Shown: piece after piece, positions 34,531-48,160 of the stretch | Numbering within the stretch: the first letter of the stretch is position 1 | Layout: each line of letters opens with the position of its first letter | NCBI GenBank assembly: GCA_043228905.1 | Contig: JBHGNT010000016.1 | Coordinates: 15,190,001 to 15,254,000 of the forward strand | DNA length: 64,000 nucleotides | Direction: 5' to 3' | DNA from: Azolla caroliniana | Lineage: Eukaryota; Plantae; Polypodiophyta | The notes under the pieces: generated by a model | The model's input: only the letters and a program-made list of their open reading frames with translations | Database searches by the model: none | What the model was told of the DNA's origin: nothing | Program-made: the position numbers and the translations under genes

Positions 34531-35436
34531 CTCAACATCATATGCAAAACGGCCATGAGATAAGCGTGTGCGATTAGAGCAAACACGCTCAACCCAATGC
34601 ACAAGAATAATTATTATCGTAAGAGTTCAAGAGAGGAGAGAGTGGGATATATATCGCAATATGCAAAAGGCCATGAGTTGAGCGTGTGCGATTAGTGCAA
34701 ACACGCTCGGCCCGATGCATAATAATAAGTAAAATCGTAGCGTAGTAGGAGGTAGAAAGAAAGAGAATAAAACGTAATACCAATTTGATTCGACCATAAA
34801 GAACGCATAATAGAAAAAGAGGAGAGATAAAAAAAGAAGAATACCGGGTTTAGAGTGTTGTTTTGATCCTGAGAAGAGCATGACGAGCCTTGTTAGATCC
34901 CCCTCGCTCACACGCAAAAAACATCAAAACAACAAAAAAATTGTTAGTAAAAGCTCTGATACCACTGTTAAGAGTCTATTACTAATCAATAGACCAAATC
35001 AAGTAAAAAGGAAGAAAATAGATTGGATAGAAGAACCCGTTCCACCCGACCACCCCCGAGCTATGATCTAGACATACCCAACCTACCACCGACGTCCCAC
35101 ACCGCCGGATATTAGGATGACTAATACCTTGGAAGAGATAAACACGATCGTCGAGATGAAAGCCTAGCCCGCACCACCGGTGTCTATGACAGCAGCCTTC
35201 CGACGTGATTCCTATGAGGGTAGCTAAGCCTCATATTTATACCTTTTCCTAGGCCCCTTGAATAGATGTGCCTTTCTAAAAGGCTCTCTATTCATTGGTT
35301 GTCTAAATCATGATAGTGCATGCACATATCATTCATTCTATCAAATCATTAGTCCCCTTTTTAATAATAGTGAACATACCCTTCACTAATGTAAATATTA
35401 GTGACCTACCCTCACCAACGTTATGTGTACATAACA

Positions 35437-35590
35437 TTTACACAGCCTATGCAAAACACAAACTTGAAACAGGAACTTGATACGGCATATCGAGTTCCTG
35501 AATAAAACACGAACTTTATACAGGAACTCGATACGACGTATCAAGTTCCTATATAGAACACGGACATAATACAGGAACTCGATACGACGT
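35437..35590. repeat. Hairpin array, part 2
   Basis: aggaactcgatacgacgtatcaagttcct-type units; the last hairpin is split by element F after ACGT. Confidence 0.85.
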
Positions 35591-36464
35591 TGTCGTGATG
35601 TGGCATGCTTGAGAATGGGAAAAACCGGCGAAAGAGGGGGGGTCAAAATGTGCATGTGCAATGTGTGTGAACACAAAGGCGATTAATTGTGCACATGGAA
35701 AAGAAAAGGGGAAGGAAAGGGTGGAAAGGATGCATGGAAGCTCGTATAAAAAGTTAGAGAGAGGAGAGATAAAAGGTAGAGGGGAGACATGCTATGAATT
35801 TATAGAGATAGAATCATATATTATATATGAGAGAGTTAATGGGCTAGTGGATAGTCACATTGCCTTCTAGCTAGAGGTACACAGTTCAAATCTAGTCTTA
35901 TAGTGCAACGTGATTCAAGAAATTTTATTCATTTTTTGCATTAAAGACGAAATTGGCGACCCCCTTCCCTTTTTCCTATAAAAGGAGGTCGAGGGGGGCT
36001 CATTTAGGAAGTTTTTTGGGAGGAGGAGACTATTGCCAATTTTCCTTCGGATCTCTTCATCTTCTTATTCACCACTTCTCTTCATCTCATATGCCTTCAT
36101 CCCCCCCTCGCCACGTGCTCGTCTTCTTCGCGTCGACACTCGAAGTGCTCGTGAGCCCAAGCATTGTTGGTTCGACGTTGCTCCGCCCTGTTCGACGTTG
36201 TGAGCCCATGTGCTCGCCGTTCAGGTGGTCGTGGTTCGTTGGGGTTGGCATTTTGGTGGTGCTCGTGTGTTCATCTTCGCCGTGTTCGGATTTGCTCTTG
36301 TCTCTAAGGGCATTTAGTATTTATGTTTTGATTGAGCTTGTGGCTAACTATAAGTTGCCATTGTAATCAAACCCTATTTTATAAAGGGTCCTCTTGCGTT
36401 GGAATCAAACACGTATTTATTTCTTTGGCCGATATCATTCGTGTTTCTTTCTTTCCTTCTTTCT

Positions 36465-36990
36465 TTGTTCGTGTCTTCCTTGTACGTTCGGCCGTCTTGT
36501 GACGAGGTACCGTTTCGGGCTTGCCCATGGACCTCTCCTCCTCATAAAGGCGTACGAGCATTTGTATTTTTGTTTGTGTCTTCCTTGTACGTTCGTCCGT
36601 CTTGTGACGAGGGACCGTTTCGGGGTTGCCCATGGACCTCTCCTCCTCATAAAGGCATATGAGCATTTTGTGCATGTGTTTGTGTCTTCCTTGTAGGTTC
36701 AGTCGTCTCTTGATGAGGGAGCCTTCGGGCGTGCCCATGCACCTCTCCTCCTCATAAAGGCGTACGAGCATTTTGTGTGTGCGTTTGTGTCTTCCTTGTA
36801 TGTTCGGCCGTCTTGTGACGAGGGAGCGTTTCGGGCGTGCCCATGCACCTCTCCTCCTCATAAAGGCGTACGAGCATTTGTGCGTGTGTTTTATGTCTTC
36901 CTCGTACGTTCGACATCTTGTGACAAGGGTGTGTTCGGGCATGCCCATGCACCTCTCCTCCTCATAAAGACATACGGGCATTCGTGTTTG
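36465..36990 (+). repeat. About 120-bp tandem repeats inside the LTR of F (also at 43875-44330)
   Basis: tgtcttccttgtacgttcggccgtcttgtgacgaggg...cctctcctcctcataaaggcgtacgagcattt, about 4-5 copies. Confidence 0.9.
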
Positions 36991-37300
36991 TGTTATCGTC
37001 CCCTTGTGCGTTCATCTTGCTTGTACCCGTTCGATCACTTGGCTCGTGCGGTGATCTCGAAAGGTCGAGGAGTCGTGATAAACGAGAGCCATCGGCCTCA
37101 CAAAACAAAGGGCAACGAAACCTTGCTCGGGAAGGGGTCGGGAAGTAGTATTGTCGTAAAGCAAACCTCGGGTCTTCTCTATCCCTTTAGTACTCCCTAG
37201 TCCAAGAGCCCCGTGGTTCCGCCCAAGTAACACACGCGCGCGAAACTTCAGGACATAAATTGGTGAACCCGACGTGAAAGGGCGGCAAGGGAGAACCAAG

Positions 37301-40300
37301 ATGAGAGGAGGAGAACTCGCTGAAGCAATGGTGGTGGCGATGGACCGCTAGGTAAATGCCTGAGAAGGCATCGCCAGCCTAGACCGAGCCATAGAGACGA
37401 TGGTCAGCACAACGGGTCAGTTCAATGGAAGAGATATCATGAGTTACTTGGATGCCTATAAGGCCGAAGTGCTTATGCAAAACGTCCTCGAAGATAGGCG
37501 GCTAACCGGATTCGCTAGAATGGTAATGCCGAGTATCCACGTGGTGGTACTCGAGATCCACGTGGATTGTTGCAATTGGGTGGAGTTTGAAGTACGGCCT
37601 TGATGACTCACTCAGAATTTTGAAAAGGGATATAATGGAGTGGGTTGAGCTTCCCGGCAAGGGGAGAAATACTATGGTATTTTTACAAGATTTTGAGAAG
37701 CGCTTCGCGCGACTCTCGGCTCTCGATAGGATGGTGCTTGACACAAGCAAGGTCCTACTATTCATAAAGACTGTTGATGCACGAGACCGAGAGAAGGTGG
37801 GGTCCCTCCTCGAAACTAATGATGGGCTCATGACGGATTGGGCTATGGTAAAACGGGTGTTTGGCTGCTTCGATAAGAGAAGGGAATGGAACGACGAGTC
37901 TTTGTTGAGCGGCCAAACATCCACAAGCTCCATTAGTGAGACACACGAACCCAGGGGTGGTAGAATACCTCAAGAAAGAGAGCAAGCAAATGCAAGGTTC
38001 GTCCCCAAGAGAAACGTGGTTGAAGCACCGTTAGGAGGGTCGGCAATAGACGAGCTCACAAAGATGGTGCGAGATCTCCAAATAGCGCAAGCTAGGAGAG
38101 AGAGGGGGGGCCCTCAAGATCGACGTCCCCCGTTTGAGCAAAGATTTATGTGGTGCGACAACCCCGACCACCTATGAAGGGAGTGTGGAGACTTTCAAGA
38201 GGCGCTAAGAAAGGATATTGTCTATCTTTGGAATAGTAGGGTCTATTCGACGGAGACAAGGTGCCCCTTGGGATTGAATCAAGGCTGAGGGGGCATGAGA
38301 AGGATAATGGAGGAGGCCGAAGCACGACATGTTGAAGCCGTCCACTACTTGGCGTCGGTTGGGATCCGAGTGGGGAAAGAGGTGAGGAGGCAAGAGGAGA
38401 AAGAGTTTGACTTTTGGCCATCAATCCTTGGAAGCCTCTCTAAGGGGAAGTTCAAAAGAGAAGAAGAGGACGAAACGGAAAGAAGGGTCCAAGAAGCAAC
38501 CGGGTGGAAGGATTTGGTGGAAGAAAAGACAGGCGTAGTGGAAGCCGCTTGCCAAAACTACGAAGTAATGGTAGAAGAGAAGAAGGTAGGAAATGACGAG
38601 GGAGCCGGTCCATCAAGGAAATACGATGCTTGAGGTGCACGAAGAAGGGAAGAGCCAAACCAGTCTAAGCACGTGACGAAAGATGGAAAGAGAAGGGGAA
38701 CCCCCCCAACTTCAAGCTTTGCTCGGAGATCGAACAAGCAACGGACTTGAAGAAGGTAGTGGAGGAAAGGATCCTCGATAGTTGCGTAGAGTTTACTTTG
38801 CGAGAGGTCCTTGGAATTGCCAAGAAATAATTCCACGAGGTCATCATCGACCTAATGAAGAGGAAATGGCTCTCGACGGAGCAAGAAGTGGCAAAGCCTG
38901 CGATTGTGAATTCATTGTCAACTGAGGTTCCCGAGGAAGACGAAGACTATGCTGACAGTCACTACACGAGGCCGCATTGGGTGAGAGCGACAACGGAGAC
39001 ACCAGTATGGGTCGGAGATGTAAAAGAGCTGGTTGTAGCATTGATCGACCATGGCTCTGAGATCAACCTTATGTTCATGGACTTTTATAAAAAGGGAAAG
39101 TGGCCGATCAACACGAAGCACGGGTGGAAGAGTAGCGACCCGAGCAACCAAGGAGCTATACGGGGTTTGCCCGAATGTATGTGTGAAGGTGGGGTACATA
39201 GAAATAGATAAACATTTCTTTGTTCAAGAGACGTCCTCGCACCCGGTAATCTTGGGTGAACCATACATCACGGCGGCTTGCATGGAGATGAAGGTGCTAA
39301 ACAACAGGTCGGCATATGCGAGGGTCAAGAGCCAAGATGGGAAGCATTTGGTCCAATTCCTTACGGTGAGGCCCAACCATGAGCGCAATTGAGCCTCCCT
39401 CAAAGGGGAGAGCCGAGAGGATTTTTGATTCGGGCTATTAAAGAGTGGGGCTGCAATAGCCTGAGGCAAACTAAGACCCTAAACCCTTGTAAAACTATTA
39501 AATGTAATAGGAAACAATTTTGGTTCTTCGAAAATGGAGCTTGTAAAAGTACTAGTTTAAGTGATAGAGATAAGTCTAGGGCCAAGAGATACGAAAGGTA
39601 TCTCAAACAATGTAATTTATTGGGGGAAGATGACACCATAAGTGGCGCCATGGAGGCGGTCTCGTTCAACGACACTCTTAGAGAGATGGAGAGGGTAGAC
39701 GTTTCGGGCCTCAATGAAGACAAGGTAATTCCAGTTAACTCAGTTGACATGTACACCGCCATCGAAGAGCTTGGGCGGTTGATTGAGGAAGCGAGGACGG
39801 TCAAGGTGCAAACAAAGTACAAGACCGTGGACAAGAAGGTGAAGCCTCTGGCTACCCCATTGCCTAACGATAGTTGGGATCGGATAAAGGGGGTAGAGGC
39901 TGATCCTAGCCTGCGGGACCCACGAGGCATAGGGCACCGGTTCACCGATGAGACGCGCCAGAAGCTCCGGATTGGTGGGGGTGACTTCCTATTTCCTAGG
40001 GAGGAGGAAAGATTTAGAAGGATGATCGAAAGACATAGAAGGTCTTTCACCTTCTCGTTGGGTGAGATAAGGTGTGTAAACCCTAAGATCGTGGAGCCAA
40101 TGGTGATCTTTACGGTGCCACATGTACCGTGGAACATCAAGCCAATCCTGGTTCCGAGAGCTCACATCCCGAAGTTGATTGAGCTACTCAAGGAAAAGAT
40201 CGAGATGGGTATCCTGGAGCCATCAAGCGCCCCATACTCGAATCGGTGATTCACTGTGCCAAAGAAGAACGACACCTTACGCTTCATCCAGGACCTACAA

Positions 40301-42935
40301 CCTGTTAATCAAGTGACAAATCAAAATGCAGGGGTCGGACCGAGTGTTGACGAATTCGCCGAGGCCTTCGTTGGAAGGTCTATTTATTCGATCAGTGGTC
40401 TATACCCGGGGTATGATCAATTCCAACTAGCTGTGGAGAGTAGGGACATCACAACGATGCGGACCCCTATTGGCCTAGTGCGAATGTGTACCTTGCCACA
40501 AGGAGGCACTAACTCTGTAGCCCAAATGGTAAATGCAATGAACAAGGTATTGAGAGATTGCATCCCCGACATCACCATGACATTCCTCAATGACATCCCC
40601 ATAAAAGGGTGCTCTGAAGCGGAGAAAGATGAAACCTTGGACGAGGATGGGTGCAAACGTTTTGTGGCATATCACATCTTCGATTGCGAGAAGGTTCCAC
40701 AAAGACTCGAAGATGCATGCTTGACCTTCTCGGGTGAGAAGTCCACATTCGGCCAACCGGAGATCCTTGTGGTGGGACACTTGTGCGGGGCGTACGGACG
40801 GAAGCCATCCCCGACAAAGGTGGACACCATCACAGACATGAGGGAAGAATGTAAATCGCAAACAGAGGTGAGGCGATTTCTTGGTGCCTGTGTATTCTAC
40901 CACATCTGGATCCCGCACTATGCTCACCTAGCCGAGCCCTTGTATGGGCTACTCAAGAAGGGGCGGAAGTTCAAGTGGGAGGAAGAGCACACAGAGGCAA
41001 TGAAGAGGCTCAAAGGAATGTTGGTAGCGGCACCAACTTTACGAAAAGCCGTATACAGGGAAGGGCTGCCCATCTACGTGACGGTAGATACGAGTCCAAC
41101 AGGGATCGGATGGGTCATAAACCAAGAAGGAGAGGATGGTACACGCTACGCCATCCGGTTCGGAGCCAAGGTCTTAAGAGAGCGACAATGAGGATACGCC
41201 CAAGTAAAACGTGAGCTTTGGGGTATTGTGTCCGCAGTAAAGCCGGATAAAGATTACCTAATCGAGTCAGAGGTGGTAATAGAGACGGATTGCCTTCCAA
41301 TCCTAGGGATGGTTTTGGGATGTGCAACACCTGACCTAACTATGCTAAGGTGGATTGCTTACATCAAATCAATGAACCCGGAGATTCACCACATTTAAGG
41401 GAAGAACAATGCCATGGTAGATATGCTATCGAGGGCAAGATTCGAGGGCGAAAGCGACATGGTGTTTGAAGATGAGGATGTCGCTCTTGACTTCTTTAAG
41501 ATGGCCCAAGCGTCTATAGATGATCGAGATGTGCGAGTACTCCACGCCTTCAATGAAAGTGAATACAAAGGATAGTGGATACACATTGGCAAGCTCTTAA
41601 GCTCAATGACGGTGGATAGTTCATGGTCGAAGGAGGAAGCATAGAGACTCCGAAAGAAAGCGTACAAGTACTTCCTACGAGGGGGATTCCTCTGGAGGCA
41701 CCCGAAGAGAAGGACGGGGATGCCACAACGAGTGTGGTCATAAAGGAAGAAGACCAGACAACATTGGTGTTTGAGTTCCACGAGAGTCCTTGGGTGGGCC
41801 ATAGAGGAACGTGGGCAACATTCAAGAAGTTAAAGGAGTAGTATTGGTAGCTAGGAATGTACAAGAATGTCGCCCATTTCGTGGGGACGTGTGAAAGCTG
41901 CCAGATAGACTCCAGCATACGCCATAGGGACGAGTTGCAGCCGACCTACCCACTCACCATACACTTCAAATGGATGGTGGATTTGGTTTCGATTCCGATG
42001 GGAGTGGGCCAAATGAAATATTTGGTGCTAGCAAGAGAAGACCTAACAAACCAAGTAGATGGACGAGCCTTGGAAAACAAAATGATGACGGGGGTGTGTA
42101 AATTCTTACTCGAGGATGTCATCTGCTGGTACGGATGTGTGGGAAAGATAGTGGCCGATAGAGGAGAGTTGAATGCTGATGAAACTACAGAGCTCTTTGA
42201 ATGACTTGGAGTGAAGCTCTCTCTCACGACCGCTTATAACCCGGAGACTAATGGAAAGATAGAATGCGGACACGGGACTATCGTAAAAGCCATTGTAAGA
42301 GGTTGTGATGGGTGAGTCGGGAATTGGCCTCGGTGGCTACCTTATGCCTTGTGGGCTGATAGAACGACTCGGTGACTACCTTATGCCTTGTGGGTTTCAT
42401 GCCAGCTGAACTCATGTACGGACAAAAGCCGGTGATGCCCATTGAAGACACGATCGCGTCATGGGTAGCAATGCCGTGGGAAGATGAGATGAGTCGAGAA
42501 GAGCTTCTAGCAACAAGGATAAGGCAACTTGAGAGAAGACCTGAAGACTTGGAGTTGGCAAAGGAGAGGTTAGAAGCGGCTAGGCTAAGTAACAAAGCCC
42601 GGTTCGACAAGACACACCGACTACGCCCTCGGAAGATCGAAGAAGGAGACTGGGTGATTGTATATGATAGTAGTCTCGACAACCAACATAGCTCGATGCA
42701 GAAATTCGCAAAGCGATGGTTCGGGTTGTACGTGGTAACAAGTGCAAACGATAATGCTACCTACCATCTCGTTGAACTCGATGGGACTAAGCTGGCAGTA
42801 CCAATAGCTGGGGGGCGGGTCAAAGTCTTCAAAAAGCGACACCATAGGGAGCCAAACCTCGATGACCTTGACGAAGATAAAGGCGAGCAAACAACAAGCC
42901 ATGGGGTCAATGAGGAGGAGGAAATGAACTATTGA
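37301..42935 (+). pseudogene. gag-pol: gag-pol of element F with multiple stops and frameshifts
   Basis: ALIDHGSEIN (PR), LPQGGTNS and FLNDIPIKG (RT), VTVDTSP (RH), HESPWVGHRG and VADRGEL (IN); no chromodomain. Confidence 0.93.
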
Positions 42936-44779
42936 CCACCCTAAGCCAGCCATTCTTGGCACATACCGAAAGATGTGCGGTTTGGTGGGGATGGATATCG
43001 TGATGTGGCGTGCTCGAGAGTGGGAAAAACCGGCGAAAGGAGGGGGGGCTCAAAATGTGCATGTGCAACGTGTGTGCACACAAAGGCGATTAATTCTGCA
43101 CATGGAAAAGAAAAGGGGAAGGAAAGGGTGGAAAGGATGCATGGAAGCTCGTCTAAAAAGTTAGAGAGAGGAGAGATAAAAGGTAGAGGGGAGACATGCT
43201 ATGAATTTACAGAGATAGAATCATATATTATATACGAGAGAGTTAAGGGGCTAGTGGATAGCCATATTGACTTCTGGCTAGAGGTGCACGTTTCAAATCT
43301 AGTCTTATAGTGCAACATGATTTAAGGAATTTTATTCCTTTTTTGCATTAAATACGAAATTGGCGACCCCCTTCCCATTTTCCTATAAAAGGAGGTCGAG
43401 GGGGGCTCATTTAGGAAGTTTTTTGGGAGGAGGAGACTATCGCCAATTTTCCTTCGGATCTCTTCATCTTCTTATTCACCACTTCTCTTCATCTCATACG
43501 CCTTCATCCCCCCACCGCCACGTGCTCGTCTTCTTCGCGTCGACATTCGAAGTGCTCGTGAGCCCAAGCATTGTTGGTTCAATGTTGCTCCGCCCCGTTC
43601 GTCGTTGTGAGCCCGTGTGCTCGCCGTTCAGGTGGTCGTGGTTTGCTGGGGTTGGCATTTTGGTGGTGCTCGTGTGTTCATCTTCGCCGTGTTCAGATTT
43701 GCTCTTGTCTCTAAGGGCATTTAGTATTTATGTTTTGATTGAGCTTGTGGCTAACTATAAGTTGCCATTGTAATCAAACCCTATTTTATAAAGGGTCCTC
43801 TTGCGTTGGAATCAAACACGTATTTATTTCTTTGGCCGATATCATTCGTGTTTCTTTCTTTCCTTCTTTCTTTGTTTGTGTCTTCCTTGTACGCTCGACC
43901 GTCTTGTGACGAGGGACCCTTTTGGGCTTGCCCATGGACCTCTCCTCCTCATAATGGCGTATGAGCATTTTGTGCGTGTGTTTGTGTCTTCCTTGTACAT
44001 TCGGCCGTCTTGTGACGAGGGACCGTTTCGGGCTTGCCCATGGACCTCTCCTCCTCATAAAGGCGTACGAGCATTTGTGTGCGTGTTTGTGTCTTCCTTG
44101 TACGTTCGGCCATCTTGTGACGAGGGAGCGTTTCGGGCGTGCCCATGCACCTCTCCTCCTCATAAAGATGTACGAGAATTTGTGCGTGTATTTGTGTCTT
44201 CCTTGTACGTTCGGCCGTCTTGTGACGAGGGTCCGTTTCAGGCTTGCCCATGCACCTCTCCTCCTAATAAAGGCGTACCAGCATTTCATGCGTGTGTTTG
44301 TGTCTTCCTTGTACGTTCGGGGTTGCCCATGTATCGAGTTCCTGTATAAAGTTTGTGTTTTAAATAGGAACTCGATACGCCATATCGAGTTCTTGAGTGC
44401 TAAAACATATTTACAAAAATGTCTAGAGTATCGGATGCTTACCTGGAGCCTTGGCGCTCGATTTTCTTTGAAGACATGTTTCACGTTGTCGATGCTTAGG
44501 GGGGGATCCCAATTTGGTGCTTCATGCTCTGTGTGCTTTGTTTGCTCTGTGTGCTCTTGTGCTTTGGTCTACGCGTGTGCTTCTTGTGATTGAGATATGA
44601 GGAGGTCTTCCTATTTATAGGGATTGACCATAGTGGTTAAAGTAACCACAATCACTTTACCCAAGGTTAGCAAGCTTAAGGTTAGTTAGTTAGTAACCAT
44701 AATCACTTTAACTAGAGTTACTTTATTTAGTACAATATCTTGAGTGCACTAATCACTCTCTAATGGATTTGAATTAAAT

Positions 44780-45090
44780 GATGCTGATGAATGCATCAAT
44801 GATTAAATACTCAAATAAACATATTAATGATTATTTTATAGTCAAACTAACATACAATGACTTTGAAGGTCATGAAGGAAACAATGATAGAGGTTCATGA
44901 ATGAACCAATGATTGAATACTCAAAGCAACATTTTTATGACTCTTAATTGCTTTGTATTAAAGATGTGGCCATGAATGAACCAATGTTTGAAAAGGCTTA
45001 TATTTAAAATGGTGGGCATGAATGAACCAATGATTGAGAAGTTCTATATTAAATATGGGTGCCATTAATTAACCAATGATTTTAACTTTA
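44780..45090 (+). repeat. Dispersed CATGAATGAACCAATGATT motifs upstream of the Sola1-like transposase
   Basis: About 6-7 degenerate copies, several with a CCAAT core. Confidence 0.6.
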
Positions 45091-45428
45091 AACCAACATA
45101 TATATGGCTTGGTAATGATTGTAATTATATTATACTTGATGGCTAAAGTAAATTTAATTTAAATTATATATTATCGGATTAATAAGGTATACAAAACAAT
45201 TGATTTAACTTTATACTAACTAGTTTAAGTAATTATTAATATGTTGAATACAATTATTATATTAAAAATAATATCTTTATTTATTGTATTAATATAATAT
45301 TAAATAATATAGACATTATATTGAGGGAGCTTCTATTTAGAGAGGAGTTTATGTTTAGAGAGGAGCTTATTAGTTTTTTATATTAGCCCAAGCACATAAC
45401 TTAAAGAGCTCTGTGTGGACCTTAAGCC

Positions 45429-48160
45429 ATGAGTGAAGTCTCACCGTTCTCGATTGAAGAATATTGTTTGTCATCAAACTCTTCATTTTCTACCGAAGAG
45501 TATTGTCTGTCGACAAACGCACCATTTTCTATCGAAGAATATTGTATGTCGACAAACTCACCATTTTCTATTGAAGAATATTGTTTGAGCTCATCTTCAC
45601 CTACAACGCATGTGAATAATGACACATGTGAAGAGTTCTCTATTGAAGAATATGATGTTAATAAAGATACGGAGAATGAAGGTAGTGCCAATGAAACATC
45701 AAATATCATGGGCGATGGTCACAACAAAGAATTGGATAGTAACAAGGTTACACCAACTTCTATGCAGGAAGGGAAATCTGGAAGCCTTATGCATATTAGA
45801 AGAATCCCATGAAGAATTCGTCTGGCCAGATTTAACTTGGTGACATCAGATAAGCAGATTGGATTTGATGTCAAAAAAATATGTTGTGCCTGTGGTTGTA
45901 TGTCTATGATTGGAAAATCAAAGTTGCGAGAATTAAGGCGATACTATTTTTCGATGACTGGTGATGAGCAAGACACTTACCTCGGGTCACATATGCAACT
46001 AGTGTTTGACAAATGTACGGGGATCCAAGTATCATTCGAGTATTATATCTTCCATGGGCAACAGATATGTAGAGTTGCATTCAAAATTGTGTTATGTGTT
46101 AGTAACATGCGGCTACATAGAGTACAACGTCTACTTAGCGGGGATCATATGCTCAATTGTAAAGAGGTTCCAAGTATGAAAGGTGCAATTGGAAGACATG
46201 CTATTGGTTGGATGAAAAGTTACTTTTAGTTAAATTGTGAAGTAATGCCCACTACAGGTAGGATGCACCTCTTTGATAATTACACACGTTAGGAAGTTTA
46301 TGATGTCTATCAATCTAATATGGTGGGCTCACGTAATAAATCTGTCACATATAGCCAATTCACAAGATTATGGAGAGCTCAGTTTTCAAATGTTATCATT
46401 CCATGTAAAGTACACATGGGGTATTGCTCCATTTGTGCAGATCTTAAAATTTTGGCTAAAGGTGCAAAGACATCAATGGAAAAGGATATGAGTAAGAAGT
46501 TACTACAGGAGCATCATGAGGCACAATCGTTAGAACGAAAGAAGGCGGTGCATCATAGAGAGAAGTGTTTGAAGAGGCCCGAACAATACATGTGCTTAAT
46601 GATAGATGGCATGGACCAGAAGAAGACATGCTTGCCGCATATGCGGAGGCTCCCCAAAGACGTTAATGATGAGTGCCTTGTTCAAATGCACTTGGTGGGA
46701 TGCTTGGCTTATAATAGGTCAGTTGGACCTCACGTCTTCATTACATACCCCAATGTTCATAATGACCCTAACCTAACACTTATAGTGATTCACCGAGTTT
46801 TGATGTCTTGGGGCCAACCGTTCCCCCCTGTTCTATGCATTCAATTGGACAATACTACTAGAGAGAACAAAATTTCAACTGTGTTTGGCTATCTAAGTAT
46901 GTTGGTCAACCAAGGATTGTTTAGAAAAGTGAAAGTTAATTTTCTTTTGGTTGGCCACACACATGGTCATATAGATAAGATGTTTAGCACATTCTCCAGA
47001 CAGTTGTCTCGGCATGATGCTTTCACATTACCTAAACTATTTGATGTTATTTGTGATGCATATACACCACGCCCAAAAGTGTTATAGTTGAAGGAGGTAT
47101 ATGAATTTAAAAGATATATATCAGATGGGGATGTTGGGAATGTTAAAGTGCTCGCCAAGTTAAACAATATAAGCTTCAATCACATTTTTATGAGAAAGGA
47201 AAATGAAATAAGTGGTTCTACGCTTTTGTATGCTAAACAATATTCATCTTCTACAACATGGGAACCTAAAGATGGTTGCCAGTTATTACTTTGTATGCCG
47301 AATACAATTTTCCATGGAGCTAAACGAATGCCAATTGAGAAGAAAGGACAATTGCATAGTGACTTGGTATCAGAACAAAAACGGTTATGGCTCCAAGCCT
47401 TAGAAGAAAAAAGAAAGCATATTGAGGCCGCCAAGAAATATGCCGCACAACAAGACACGTCATGGTGGGATGTATTTTTTAGTGATCAGAAAGGAATTAT
47501 AGACAATTGTGTATTTGGTGATAATTAGAATTTGGAAACGCCATTCACATGGTCGCTACAACATGATCGTGTAAATAAAACTCTGGAGCAACCAACAAAT
47601 GCGATTAATGACAGTTTGGTCCATCCACAACAAAGAGACATTTATGTGGGACCAAGGATGACCAAAGCAACCGAAGCTAGATGGCAAGGCAATTTGCAAG
47701 AGCTCACGACGGGGATGTTGATTGCAACGCTGGCTGATGAGAACTCACATGGCCACCAATTTTGGGTTGGTAAAATTCTAGAAGTGCTAATGCATGAAAT
47801 AAAAAAAACACAATCAAGTCTATAAACGTTCATTGGTACAACACTAGAAGTGCAAATGCTTTTACAAGTAAGTATAAATTGGAGATGATTGAATGCCCAA
47901 CAACAAGGGGAGGTAGGAAGAGGAAGCGAAACATTCGTAACACCTCGACCCTTGATATCTCTGATGTGGATATCATCGTGTACGACTTCACGCTTACAAA
48001 AGCTGGACGATTAAGGAAGTCAACAATAGACATAATAAAAGAAAAATTACCAGGTCTACAAGCTGGCTCGAGTCAAAGGCAAAGGAGATCTGCTACATAT
48101 AATCTAGAGTCAAACCATTTGGTTTATGACAAAGATAATGCACTAATTCGTACATCTTAG
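45429..48160 (+). pseudogene. Sola1-like DDD transposase pseudogene (about 900 codons)
   Basis: IDGMDQ, IQLDNTTRENK and FLLVGHTHGHIDKMFS motifs plus CSIC. ORF pieces share one frame broken by stops, with a frameshift at the A-run near 47800 and N-terminal 13-aa repeats SPFSIEEYCLSSN. Confidence 0.75.

Larger units (their letters stand above)
28350..35436 (-). mobile_element. Element E: full-length Ty3/Gypsy chromovirus
   Basis: 471-bp LTRs at 28350-28820 and 34966-35436 (about 5 mismatches seen); TSD TTTAC; tRNA-iMet PBS TGGTATCAGAGCT at 34952-34964; PPT at about 28821-28834. Confidence 0.97.
35591..44330 (+). mobile_element. Element F: decayed tRNA-Trp-primed non-chromovirus Ty3/Gypsy
   Basis: 5' LTR at 35591-37255; 3' LTR at 42996-44330 (3'-truncated); PBS TGGTGAACCCGACGTGA at 37261; PPT-like GGTGGGGATGGA at 42984. 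Confidence 0.92.

Noticed and set aside
35953-37299. ORFs within the LTRs of F (also 43360-44593)
   Set aside because: They arise from stop-poor 120-bp repeats in several frames and have no protein motifs.
28229-44395. CRISPR-like array (palindromic repeat plus constant-length spacer)
   Set aside because: The spacers are variants of one sequence, there are no cas genes, and the context is a eukaryotic transposon.
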